Source of the DNA: Eukaryota sp. GEM-RC1
Taxonomy: Eukaryota
Reading direction: 5' to 3'
Assembly: GCA_040285855.1 (NCBI GenBank)
Contig: JAUFOQ010000010.1
Span: 434,001 to 498,000, forward strand
DNA: 64,000 nucleotides
A program made the translations under genes and the position numbers. Positions 26,801-37,399 of the stretch are shown one piece after another (positions within the stretch are counted from its first letter, which is position 1; the number at the start of each line of letters is the position of its first letter). The notes under the pieces are model-generated. The model did not search any database. It saw only the letters and a list, made by a program, of their open reading frames with translations, and was not told the DNA's origin.

Positions 26801-27510
26801 TGTAACATTATACTATATGTTTCGAAATATTTCGAATCACCGACACATTGTCTCGTCATAAACACGGTTGTATTTTTTCTCAAAAAACAGCTTAATCGTC
26901 CTTGAGTTGAGTGATGCTTTGATTATTCTCAGTGATATTAAAGATGTACAGTATCCTTTTGTATGTGTTCCATAGATATTTCAGTCATGGTAATTTGTTG
27001 AATATTGGTCAAAATTAGGTTGTTCGTTAGACTCTGTTTTAGTGATCTGTAATTTAATTGGAAATCTTGTCGCACAATTGTCTTAACATACAAAGAAGGT
27101 CTTTGATTATCTTAAATCTAACGTTATCTAAGCTTCTCTTCAATAGACATGTGTTCTATAAACCGGCTAGAATTTCTCATTTCTATCTATCTAACAACTC
27201 AATTGGTCCTGAAGGCGCTATTGCAATTGCTGAAGCTTTGAAGGTGAATTCGTCTGTTTCTACGATCAATCTACATAACAACTCAATTGGTCCTAAAGGC
27301 GCTATTGCAATTGCTGAAGCTTTGAAGGTGAATTCGTCTGTTTCTCACATTCATCTTTATAACAACTCAATTGGTAATGAAGGCGCTATTGCAATTGCTG
27401 AAGCTTTGAAGGTGAATTCGTCTGTTTCTACGATTTATCTAGATAACAACTCAATTAACAGTCAAACACAACAGTCGTTAAAAACACTACACAAGAATAG
27501 AATTCATTTC
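20849..27510 (+). pseudogene. Cassettes B3-B10: eight LRR-only cassettes, 3 LRRs plus cap each (starts 20849, 21751, 22653, 23555, 24457, 25364, 26271, 27172)
   Basis: Open frames without any Met. Mostly identical, with variants IYLGNN/IYLSNN/IILDIN/IYLDNN in the cap. B10 differs in all modules and has lost its stop codon. Confidence 0.82.
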
Positions 27511-27589
27511 AGATTTGCAGATTCCTACATTTTTCAAAAACTGTTCGTAAAAAATTAACAAATCTTAATTAAAATTAATATTTAACAAT

Positions 27590-28030
27590 AATTGTTGTGG
27601 TTGATTTTACTACAGTTGACCCGTTTGCAAAAGTCTACCAAGACTCCATACTGAATGATTCGAATGGTCATCTGGATAAGGCTGAACAGTGAAAGTGTTC
27701 AAATTATGCGGATGCTTTGCAGAAGCTTAATGAAAATCTATATTCTAAGTTTTCATTTGTTCCATTTGCAATTTCAATTTTTGGTAATATTGATCCAGCC
27801 GGTTTAAAGTTTTTCAGTGATTTTAGTCTTTTATGTTGTTCTAAGGGCAAGGTGTTTAATAGCACTGTATGGATTAATCGAATTATGTTCGCTCTTTATA
27901 GAAGCATTCCCAAGTATTTATGTTCCATTTATTCGAAGTTGTATAGGGACAATTCTCGTGTTGATGTGGAGAATTTAACTTCTTTCATTTTCTGAATTAG
28001 TATGTATTAATTTATTGTTGCAAATAAACT
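27590..28030 (+). mobile_element. 3' fragment of an RLE-type (CRE/R2-like) non-LTR retrotransposon
   Basis: Translation VVDFTTVDP..AEQ*K..Y..FSFVPFAISIFGNIDPAGLKFF..W.NRIMFALY fits the restriction-like endonuclease C-terminus. Related fragments occur elsewhere in the window. Confidence 0.6.
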
Positions 28031-28392
28031 CTTATAAATTAAAAATATCTATCATATTTCATTGTTGTATGAAGGACAGCTACTCTTGGAGTATAGTTTT
28101 AGTACTGCTCTGTAAAACAAAATTGAAACATCAAATAGGGATCAGATTATTAGCCATATATAATAGCTATAGCAATTCAAATCTTACAGAACATCACTGC
28201 ATGTTCATTAACATAAACTAAACACAATTCAAATTCAAATTCATTTTTATTTATTATGATTGTTCATAGATGACTTCCAAAGATTTCTCTGAACGACAAA
28301 CCTAAATATCAATTTCTTTTATCAATTTCAGTAAGCAAGGACCACCCAAGGAATTCTTTCCTTACATACAGACTATAAAAAACACGCGTGTT

Positions 28393-29883
28393 TTAATGGG
28401 CACTACTGTAGCATTTTCTCTCTGACAACAAATCCTCTATCAAAGGGACAACACGTTCATCTTCAATATAGTTGTCACTCAGATCAATGCTAGTCACAGT
28501 TGAATTGATCTTCAACGAATCTACCAAAGCTAGAACACCGTCAGCTCCAATAAAGTTTTGCCTAAGACCAATAGAAATCAAAGTATTATTGAATTTTAAC
28601 GCCTCTGCCAAAACTGTTGTTCCCTCATTTCCAATATCGTGTCCACCTAAATCAATATTTGTAACTGAAGTATTCACTTTCAAAGCCTCTGCTAAAGCTA
28701 GAAGACCTTCATCTCCAATTGAGTTGCCAAATAAATTAACGCTTGTAAGTGTAGTATTGACTGTTAACAACTCTGCCAAAGCTCTAGCACCTTCATCCTC
28801 TATACAGTTTTGATTCAGATCAATACTTATCACTGTCGTATTAACTTTCAATGATTCTGCCAAAGCTACAGCACCTTCATCTACAATATCGTTTTCACCT
28901 AAACAGAGACTCGTGACTGTAGTATTAACCTTCAACGCATCTGCCAATGCTCTAGCACCGTCCGCACCAATGTAGCAAACGAATAGATCAACATTAGTGA
29001 CTGTAGTATTAACTTTCAGCGCCTCCGCTAAAGCTCTAGCACCGTCATCTCCAACATCGCTTCCACCTAAATCAACACTAGTAATGGTGGTATCGACCTT
29101 CAACAATTCAATCAATTCCATGGCAATAGTTCGCGAAACACACACATGAAGTCGTGTAAGATGTGGAAAGTAAAAAGATGACTTGTTCAAAAACTCCAAG
29201 TAATTGTGGTCATAAATAACCAATTCCAATCCTGAAATTATATGAGAATATTTAAGAAATTTTTCAACATTAAAGGATTCATTTAAAATGTGTAAGAAAA
29301 CAGATGGTAGTGATGTTCCAAAGAAAGAAGTCAATAAAAAAAGTTGAGGAAGCTCTTTAGGAACAACAGCAAACGTGTTTGTTTGAAAAAACACCTTGAT
29401 TGACAGAAGAGCAGATTCAAAGAAATGATTGCTTACATAGCCAACTTTCTTGAAGAATGTAGGTAAATCTCTCTTTAAACAGACGACAGTAAGACAAGGT
29501 TCACTATGATTCTCCTCGGTAGAAGTCTGGAGAAGTCGTCGTAACAAGTGAAGATTGATCAAAATCAACAGAGATTGTTGTACATGTATGGACTTTTTGC
29601 TCGTGTCAGGACTTTCCCTGGAAGAGTGAGTGGATGGTGAAGATGACATTGTCCTCCCAGCGGAGGGTGAGCATTGATCTCGAGATTGGAGAGAAGTAGA
29701 GGGTTTCGCGTCGTCAAGAGTGGGATTCCCGATACTTTCATCGTCAGAAGGTGGTAAGTTGGGGGAGATCTGAGAGTCTCGTTCGGAGGCCTTAGACACA
29801 AAGGATTTTGCTATAGACATCAGTTGAGCAAACGTTTTCTTCACTTTGGAAGATTCTTGAGCGTGAGAAGAATCTTTGCACAT
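28393..29883 (-). CDS. LRR family-2 protein (Ser/Pro-rich N-terminus, conserved unknown domain, about 8 RI-type LRRs)
   Basis: 496-aa ORF with the QQSLLILINLHLLRRL..KVGYVS.HFFESA..FFQTNTF..ELPQL block followed by 28-aa LRRs. The start codon is uncertain. Confidence 0.82.
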   Translation of the reverse strand: MCKDSSHAQESSKVKKTFAQLMSIAKSFVSKASERDSQISPNLPPSDDESIGNPTLDDAKPSTSLQSRDQCSPSAGRTMSSSPSTHSSRESPDTSKKSIHVQQSLLILINLHLLRRLLQTSTEENHSEPCLTVVCLKRDLPTFFKKVGYVSNHFFESALLSIKVFFQTNTFAVVPKELPQLFLLTSFFGTSLPSVFLHILNESFNVEKFLKYSHIISGLELVIYDHNYLEFLNKSSFYFPHLTRLHVCVSRTIAMELIELLKVDTTITSVDLGGSDVGDDGARALAEALKVNTTVTNVDLFVCYIGADGARALADALKVNTTVTSLCLGENDIVDEGAVALAESLKVNTTVISIDLNQNCIEDEGARALAELLTVNTTLTSVNLFGNSIGDEGLLALAEALKVNTSVTNIDLGGHDIGNEGTTVLAEALKFNNTLISIGLRQNFIGADGVLALVDSLKINSTVTSIDLSDNYIEDERVVPLIEDLLSERKCYSSAH

Positions 29884-29959
29884 GAATCGGAAAGACTCTA
29901 CTTTAGTAGGATAACTACAATTTTGTCCTTTTTGTCAGATCACTATTTTGCATATTTAC

Positions 29960-30185
29960 AAACATTTAGGACTTTTGATCTTAGATTTTGGAAAAATCGA
30001 ATTGTGTTTGCTATCTTTAAAGGGATGGTGACTTCTTTATCTAGCGCTTTATTATCTCCTTGCAGACATTATGAGGATAAGGTAGGTGACAATTTCCAGA
30101 TAGGCAATCTGGACTTTGCGGATAATGATTATTAGATGTATGTAAACTACAGTGTTGTTGTCAATAAAAACTAATTCAAAAAAAA
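29960..30185 (+). mobile_element. Extreme 3' end of the same non-LTR retrotransposon family
   Basis: FDLRFWKNRIVFAIFKG resembles FNESFWRGRLSFSLFKA (about 36780). It is followed by AATAAA and an A8 run at 30178-30185. Confidence 0.45.
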
Positions 30186-30194
30186 TTGCATACA

Positions 30195-31106
30195 TGTAGT
30201 TGTAAAATACACAGGCAAAGAAATATTACAATACAGAATACAAAATATACAGAATACAAAAAAACAATACAAATACATACAGAATACTGTATTAAGTGTA
30301 TTTTTTATCTTGTAATTACAAATGTTAAACTACTAGTATGTGTTTTGAGTCGAACGATTGCAAACGTGATTGATTTCCAGAGTTATCATGATTCACCTTT
30401 TCCGTCTGCATTCTTTGACGTCTGTTTATTCATTAACCCAATAGTCATTTCGATTCCCAAGGGTACAAATGTTTGGTCCACAGTTGGGAGTTATACAATG
30501 TGATAGGGACATTTTTGGTGTCTCATTACTTGTAAATCGTCTTAAAATATACCGCTTGAAGGTAAATAAGTTTAGACTCGAAATCATAGTCCCCAAAAAC
30601 TACACCTACAGATTCAAAACAGGATCAATTTGAGTGTCGTGCAGCTCGTCTCAGCAAAGTTTGGAATCTTCACCAATGACTATCAGCAGTGAAACTAGAG
30701 TACTCAACTTCACATGCTTTGGTATTTTTCACTTTTCTAGAATGAACATTATTAAGCTTTTCTAAATTTTTGACACTTAACTTTAATCGGTGTTTCACTT
30801 TTTAGTGATCTAGTTTATGCCGTTGACGTAGTGTAATGGAACGTGTACAAAATTCAGCATAAAATTGTTATGTTCTGCAAGTTGTAAAAATAATATATGG
30901 CCCAATTGTACCAAACAATAGTATAATTGATCAGAAAGATCCACTGTCGAGTGTTTTTCTCATTTACATCAGTCATTTAATATCAATTAAAGAATTCTAG
31001 GGCTGATAAAAAAATACAAAAAATAGAAATACAAATACACTTTTTACATAATACAGAAAAAATACAGAATACAACAAAATACTGTTTTGTGTGTTTTGCA
31101 TCTATG
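30195..31106 (-). mobile_element. Diverged inverted copy of the 13615-14585 MITE
   Basis: Internal sequence is the reverse complement of the first copy (e.g. aggatcaatttgagtgtcgtgcagctcgtctca). Degenerate TIRs tgtagttgtaaaatac and gtgttttgcatctatg. No TSD is recognisable. Confidence 0.85.
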
Positions 31107-31899
31107 CTATTTTGTTGTACTTTTGATCATTGTCAATTGTCTCCATTAAGACTAAATTAACTTGTACGGTTTCGTACATAACATGAAGGTTGACCTCAAA
31201 TTGGTTCGTACTAGCTATTTTCTTTTGCCCACATTCAATGTCACAAAAAATATGGACGTATTTTCAAGTGATTGGCAGACACCTAAGCCTAAGTGTTGAA
31301 CGGATCATGATCGATTACTCATGATCAAATACTTGTAGGAGTGCTGCTTGCCGTTATTATTTTGATCTCGGTGTTATAGGCAATGAATAATCAAATGTTT
31401 GCACCATTCTGTAGTGTAAGAGCAAAATGAAATCTACAATAGAAGACGTTTACAAAATTGCAGTTCACAATTAACAAAGGGACTTTATGGTCCAAAACCA
31501 TATTTACAACATTAACAAAAACAAATACTAAATAACAATACTACAAGGGCTCCCAAATCTACTGAATAGTTATCCCCATATAACTTTTTTTTTCTGCAAA
31601 TACATTTATTTCACTGACTGATCATAAACCCGTTTTTTATAACTTGACCAAAATGCTAAAGTTCACAATTTTATTTGTTATACACTTGTCTTGTTACCAA
31701 GGTATATGTCTCAATGGCAAAATCTGTATTGTTGAATTTGTTTGAGTAATTTGTAAGTGGTATCTTAAACACTGAAAAAGAAAACGCAGTAAAATCGAAT
31801 CTATCAACTATCAATTTGTAATGTGTTCAGTAAGTACGATAGTCATCAAGAGCAGATTGCGAACGGTGATGCTGATATATAGGCGTCTCTTTTCCCCAT

Positions 31900-32115
31900 A
31901 TCTGTTACTGAAATCCCTCAAAGAAGTTTGTTCTCCTTACCACTATGTGTCCGTAAATTGCAGAAGCATTTTATCAACTATCATGAAAGCTTGGACTTTA
32001 AAAATCGTATTAGCTTGGCTAAAATCGAGAGTCCCGCTTTTTGTGCTTTTTTGAAAGACCTATCTAGTGATGAGGCTTCTACTTTGATTACTCGATATCC
32101 TCAAAGATATAGTTT
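31900..32115 (+). mobile_element. Probable internal fragment of the non-LTR retroelement
   Basis: LDFKNRISLAKIESPAFCAFL resembles VDLSKRLSVTKSDNPVFAAFY in the 50750-50935 fragment. Confidence 0.35.
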
Positions 32116-32539
32116 CTTTCGTTTAATGATAATGTTATCAGTCATCAACTGGCCAAGTCATTTGAGGATTCTGAGTGTAGGTACCACTCCAACTGGAATA
32201 ACAGGTACTCTACATTGCCTTGAGCATTTCTCCAATCAAGCTCTAGATGTGTTCTCACAGTCAGACTGTAGAACGAGTTGGAATAAATTATTACTAGATG
32301 AAATAGTATCTAGTCATTAATTAAAAATAATTAAATGTATTAATTGTATTAATGGTTAATAGTTGATAATCCTGCATTTTGATCGATTAACAATTTCTCC
32401 AACAGCACTGTGCCTTGCAGAAACACAATGAAAAATAACAATTTGAAGATGTGTAAAGAAACGAAGGCAATAGTGAACACCCGCCCAAGGAACAATTTCA
32501 ATTTGATATCGCCACATAGTGCTGCTATTCGATCGCCAG

Positions 32540-32790
32540 AATTTCTTTTATTGGTGATACTGCACGTTAATCATCGCTTTGAACGGAAGTCTATTACTTT
32601 AGATATACAATGATTCCCTCATCTTCATGGAGCAGAAGATATCTATAAGTCTCTAAAATCAATCATTGACGATTTCGAGTTATTCAACAAATTGACCAGT
32701 TACACGGTTGATAATGCAAATATTAAGATCAAAGCAGTTTCCATTTTCAGTACAAATCATAAATTTTGTAATTTGGGAATATGAGTTTAC
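32540..32790 (+). pseudogene. hAT transposase relic
   Basis: Frame reads FERKSITLDIQ*FPHLHGAEDIYKSLKSIIDDFELFNKLTSYTVDNANIKIKAV, matching the hAT H-x-G..I...T-x-DNA catalytic region, with an internal stop. Confidence 0.65.
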
Positions 32791-35107
32791 CATGTTCTAT
32801 TTGAAAAAACATGTCCATTGTAGAATGATATGCTGTTGTGGTTCAGTTTTGGTATTTAATCAATGAACAGATCAAATCCATAATTCTTTATCGTCTCGTA
32901 TCTATAGAAAATACCCTGGTATGACTGTAGTCACAGTGAAATGCCGCTTCTTTTTCTCAGTCACATAACGATTCATAGCTATGGCTGCTGGTAGGAATAG
33001 TTGAGACTTTCTTTCTAGTTCCAAAATTTGAGTAAATTTTCCAGACAAAATTGATTTGAAACCAGTACAATGCCGAAAGTGTTTTATCAACAATGAGTAT
33101 GGCCAAGAGACTTCTACAGAAGACAAGATTATAGAACGAGACAAGAGCTTAGACGTTCTGATAGTGTTGGTGAAATAAATCAAGTTCTGTAATTTAACCT
33201 TGATTTTAATACTATACTGTGTAATGGTATTGTTCAGGACCCCTCTCAGGACATAGGATATTCATGAAGCCAACACTAGATCCCAATTGGATCGAGATTC
33301 TTCTCATGTACATCTTTTGACCAGAATTCTTAATCCCTCCTTACATAGTACAAACATTCATCTATTTACAGACCATGTACAGCAACTTAAGATAGAGTTG
33401 ACTAAAAATGTCGAGTCTGGCTATTCTCTAACTGAAATTGATGATAATGCTTATCATACATGGTGAATCAAATACTAACCATAGTCATTGGTCAGAAGTT
33501 ATGATTGTATGTCAACAAACAATGATCATTTATAGAGACAATTTATAACAAAAATCATGGTAATCATGTTTGAATAGAATGTGGAGAAAAAACCATTTGT
33601 GAACTTCATTCATTACCTGGAAAATTACGTTGCTTTAAATTTACATGAATGTAATCAAATAGAAATCACAATGTTGTAGCAATAGTTGTAGAGTACGTTG
33701 GAATTTAGGTGTTTAAAAAAGACGAGTTTGGTCAAGGTCTCTATTGTCTGAAAACAAACAGTAGTGGTGAAAGTTACTCTCACCATCTAAACTTTACGAA
33801 TAGAAACAAATCAACAAAAACGATGTACCAGTCATTAAACAAACCAAATGAATTTACCAGCTTTCAATTTGAAAAAAGTGACAAAATTTCTTTGTTACAT
33901 ATCTAATATGACATTTCAGTTAAATTTGATAAAATATATTTTAAATATGTCTCATCACAAGTACACAACTCCTGATAAGAGATCTATTAAGCTGAGTCAA
34001 AGTGGCCAGGGAAAGACTAATTTGAATGATTGTAAGATCGGTAAACAATGAAGAACATCTTTGACAAAATCTCCAAGGTGATTTGTCTTGAGAGAAATGA
34101 AGATCAAGACCAGTATATAGTACCTGTTGATGCTGTGAAACAAGAAACAAAAACTGTGGCGATTGTATCTCAAATTGGAGCAAACATTGATAAGAGAACT
34201 GGTGGGAATGGAAGTACACGTGATCAAGTACGATAAGGCACATAAGTACATGACAACAAGAAGAAGTGAAAGAAATAAAGAAACCATGTACCAAACAATG
34301 TGTAAATTGCATGAACAAAAATATGGTGATAATTTATCACTGATAAAGGTGTGGTTCAGAATTGTGGACCAAAAAAAACATTTAATAATTGTCTCTACCA
34401 ATCTCAGTGATCCTTTCAGAATCGTGAAGGCAAGAGTGATTCTTAACTTAGAGCTTTGGTGGAAACAGCGTGAACTCATAATGAAGAAATTGATGACGTC
34501 ACCAAAAAATTGATGACGTAATACCCGTCTTCATCAACGCAACTGCGAAACTCCTTGCCTGATCTAAACATCGTATCTACAACTTCTCTATTCATTCATC
34601 GATTAAATAGAATAGTAAGACAAATGGTAGACGCGTTTCTCTAACATCGTCCATATACTTTAAGAACATTACCTAATCACAAGACTTCTTGAGACTTCAA
34701 ATGATTGGTATAGTGTAATCGGCGTCATGTAACGGTCGAATGTTGTTTCACTTTCTATACTTAAAGTCTCTTAGTTCTTCCTTCAATTGAAAGATTGATG
34801 AAGGTGGAGATCAACAGGAACGAACCAAAGAGATGACATGTTAAAAACAGTGTTTGTTCGTGTTACAAAGGGTGATCAAAAAATAAGAACATCACAACCA
34901 CATTTCAAAAGCGGAGAGAAGGGAAAGAAGTGCAATGGTAAGATGTCAATGGAACTACAACGTTAAGGAACGACGTCATGAAACATCCATAAAGGAGATT
35001 GGTATAAAGTGGTTTTAACGGTGGAGGTCTTCTTATGTAGGGGCAGAGCTTGTAGATGTGTGATTCAATGAGTGCTTAAGACGTTTTCTGAAAAGCGCAA
35101 AACCTTC

Positions 35108-36300
35108 ATGAACTTTGACTGCTTTGTCTGTAAAAAATCCTTTGATCTATCAGATCGTTTTCCCGTTCTAATCTGTTCGGAAGGGCATACTTCTTGCTCT
35201 CAATGTTCCGCTTCTCTGAACAAATGTCCGATCTGCCATCTCGAGTGTGTGAAAGCACCGAAAGTGAACTTTGTCTTGTATGACTTGGTTACTAAGGAAA
35301 AATGGCCCCTCACGTTTCTGATTTATGTCTCCCAGTTCCTTCAAATCAGATTGGTCTCGTAGATCTGGTCGTAGACGCATCACTATCTGGTACAAGTCCA
35401 CAAGGATTGGTTCATGAGCCAGATCAACTAAGAAGAATACACGAAAGTAGTTTTGAAACTGATTTGAGTAAGTTAAAACCTAAATTGAGGAAGATTTTAG
35501 AAGAAATGAGGCTTGGTTCAGTTAGTAAGATTGATCTGAGTAACCCTCCCATTAGTTCTAAAACTGATCACATTGGTGATACAGGAGCTATTGCCTTGGC
35601 TGAAGCATTGAAAGTCAATTTTACTGTTACTCACATTGATCTGGGCGTTAACTCTATTGGTGCTGAAGGTGCTATTGCATTGGCTGAAGCGTTGAAGATT
35701 AATTCAGTTGTTGTAATGATTAATTTTTGGAACAATTCCATTGGTGATGAAGGTACCATTGCATTAGCTGAAGCTTTGAAAGTCAATTCAGCTATTTCGC
35801 AGATTAGTCTTTGGAACAACTCTATTCGTCAAGAAGGCGCTATTATCTTGGCTGAAGAGTTGAAAGTCAATAAGTCTGTTACTCAGATTGATCTTGGTCG
35901 TAATTTTACTGGTAACGAAGGTTGTGTTGCGTTGGCTGAAATGTTGAAGGTCAATTCCACTATTGTTGTGCTTGATCTTTGTCTTAACTTCATTGGTAAT
36001 GAAGGTGCCATTGCATTGGCTGAAACATTAAAAATCAATTCCACTGTTACACAGATAACTCTTCGTAATAACTCTATTGGCCATGAAGGAGCTATTGCAT
36101 TAGCTGGAGCATTAAAGGTCAACTCTACTGTTGCTAGGATGTCTTTGTGTAACAATTCTTTGGGTTCTGAAGGGGCTATTGCTTTGGTTGAAGCTTTAAA
36201 GATGAATTCTGTTGTTCAGCTCAAACTCAGTTGTAACTTTATTGATTCGGACACAAAACGGTTAATCAACAGTACCACAAACGATCGCATTACTTGTTAA
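35108..36300 (+). pseudogene. RING-finger plus RI-type LRR gene split by one frameshift (pseudogene, sequencing error or small intron)
   Basis: ATG 35108 starts RING CFVC..CSEGHTSCSQC..CPIC. The frame changes near 35290-35302 (A-run) into a 332-aa ORF with about 9 LRRs. The pre-LRR cap DLSKLKPKL..M resembles DWSKLSSKL..M of the TRIM-LRR gene. Confidence 0.75.
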
Positions 36301-36464
36301 TTATCTTTTGCCTTTCTAGGTATAAACTTATGTGCCAGCAGCTCCTTTTCGGTTTAAGTATTCTCAGAGAATGCATGACGAATCCATATATAGCATTCAG
36401 TTGAGTAAATCTTTGCACGGCTTCATCATCGTACTCTTGACCAAATTTAAACAAACTTCAATTA

Positions 36465-36960
36465 TGAGAGATAAGAGCAGAGGTAATTTGATTGGTCCTT
36501 GGTTGTCCTCTCAAGAAGTAATTATGGACTTTACTACGGTTGATCCTTGTAACTTAACTTCTGTTAACAAAATTTTAGACGAAACCTATTCAGCTCTTGA
36601 AACTGCTGAATGAAAAAATTAAATCGTTATGGCGAATTAATTTTCAAGATGAATTCTCGCCGACACAATCATTTTGTTTTCCATCCTTTTGCTATTTCTC
36701 ATTATAGAACGTTTGGTTGTTTCGGTCAACAATTTCTCACAGATTTTGGCAAATTGTGTAAGCAGTATGAAAAGAATTTTAATGAAAGTTTCTGGAGAGG
36801 AAGGTTGTCGTTTTCGCTTTTCAAAGCATTGTTCAGGTATTATGATTCAATTTTGATTCATCTTTTTGCATTGAGACATGAATTTGAGATGATATAGAGG
36901 TATTTGTATCTCATTTGTTAATATTGATGACAGTTTGTATTTGTAAGAGTAAATAAAAGG
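36465..36960 (+). mobile_element. 3' fragment of RLE-type non-LTR retrotransposon
   Basis: RGNLIGPW..IMDFTTVDP..AE / KKLNRY..FVFHPFAISHY..G..FL..FWRGRLSFSLFK with a frameshift at about 36610, and AATAAA downstream. Confidence 0.62.
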
Positions 36961-37399
36961 CGTTTTTTTAATTTAAACAATTAATTATAGATATGGAATT
37001 TTGAATACTTGTACTTGCGACCCATTGTAATCTCTGATAACACCTAACGTAAAGAATGAGGTGTAAACAGCAAGATCTAGTCGAAAACAGACTGAATGAG
37101 AATGAAGTCGTAGTTTTTGTGTATCGCACATTATATCTGATTATTTTAAATGGTTCTAGCAAAGCAACCCATTAGCAATCAACTGAAATAGTGTATGCTG
37201 TAGCGATAGAAGAATTAATTGATTAAGTAATTGTATTAATACTACTAATAGCCACGCTATCTCAATTCAACTACTGAAAACACACCGGTCAGCAATTCTC
37301 TGACCAGCAATCGTATTGACAGTGGTTTACTATCGTCAGTTCAAAATCAGAAAGGCCAGCTTTTAAGAGTGAACAATCCCCAACAAACCCTCTCTATTG

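Larger units (their letters stand above)
16566..27510 (+). repeat. Tandem array B: type-B 3' flank plus LRR-only cassette; two 734-bp units, one long unit, eight units of about 902-907 bp
   Basis: Stops at 17299, 18033, 20288, 21190, 22092, 22994, 23896, 24798, 25705 and 26612. 902 = 734 + 2 x 84. The 907-bp units carry a 5-bp duplication (tcatg-tcata). Confidence 0.95.

Noticed and set aside
2225..27460. Diversity-generating retroelement-like adenine mutagenesis: most variable codons can be written as AAY with the first two bases changed
   Set aside because: Synonymous adenines in the same modules (cta, tca, gca, gaa) are essentially invariant. The same few alleles recur as blocks. No template repeat or intact RT is present in the window. 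Selection plus recombination explains the pattern better.
1904..27510. Whole array as an assembly artefact
   Set aside because: Units differ in LRR number, diagnostic SNPs, a 5-bp duplication and TSD-flanked insertions. Exact copy number, especially in array B, still needs read support.
33700..34520. Cluster of short overlapping ORFs
   Set aside because: No recognisable domain and frames are fragmented. It may be a decayed gene or TE, but I cannot support a call.
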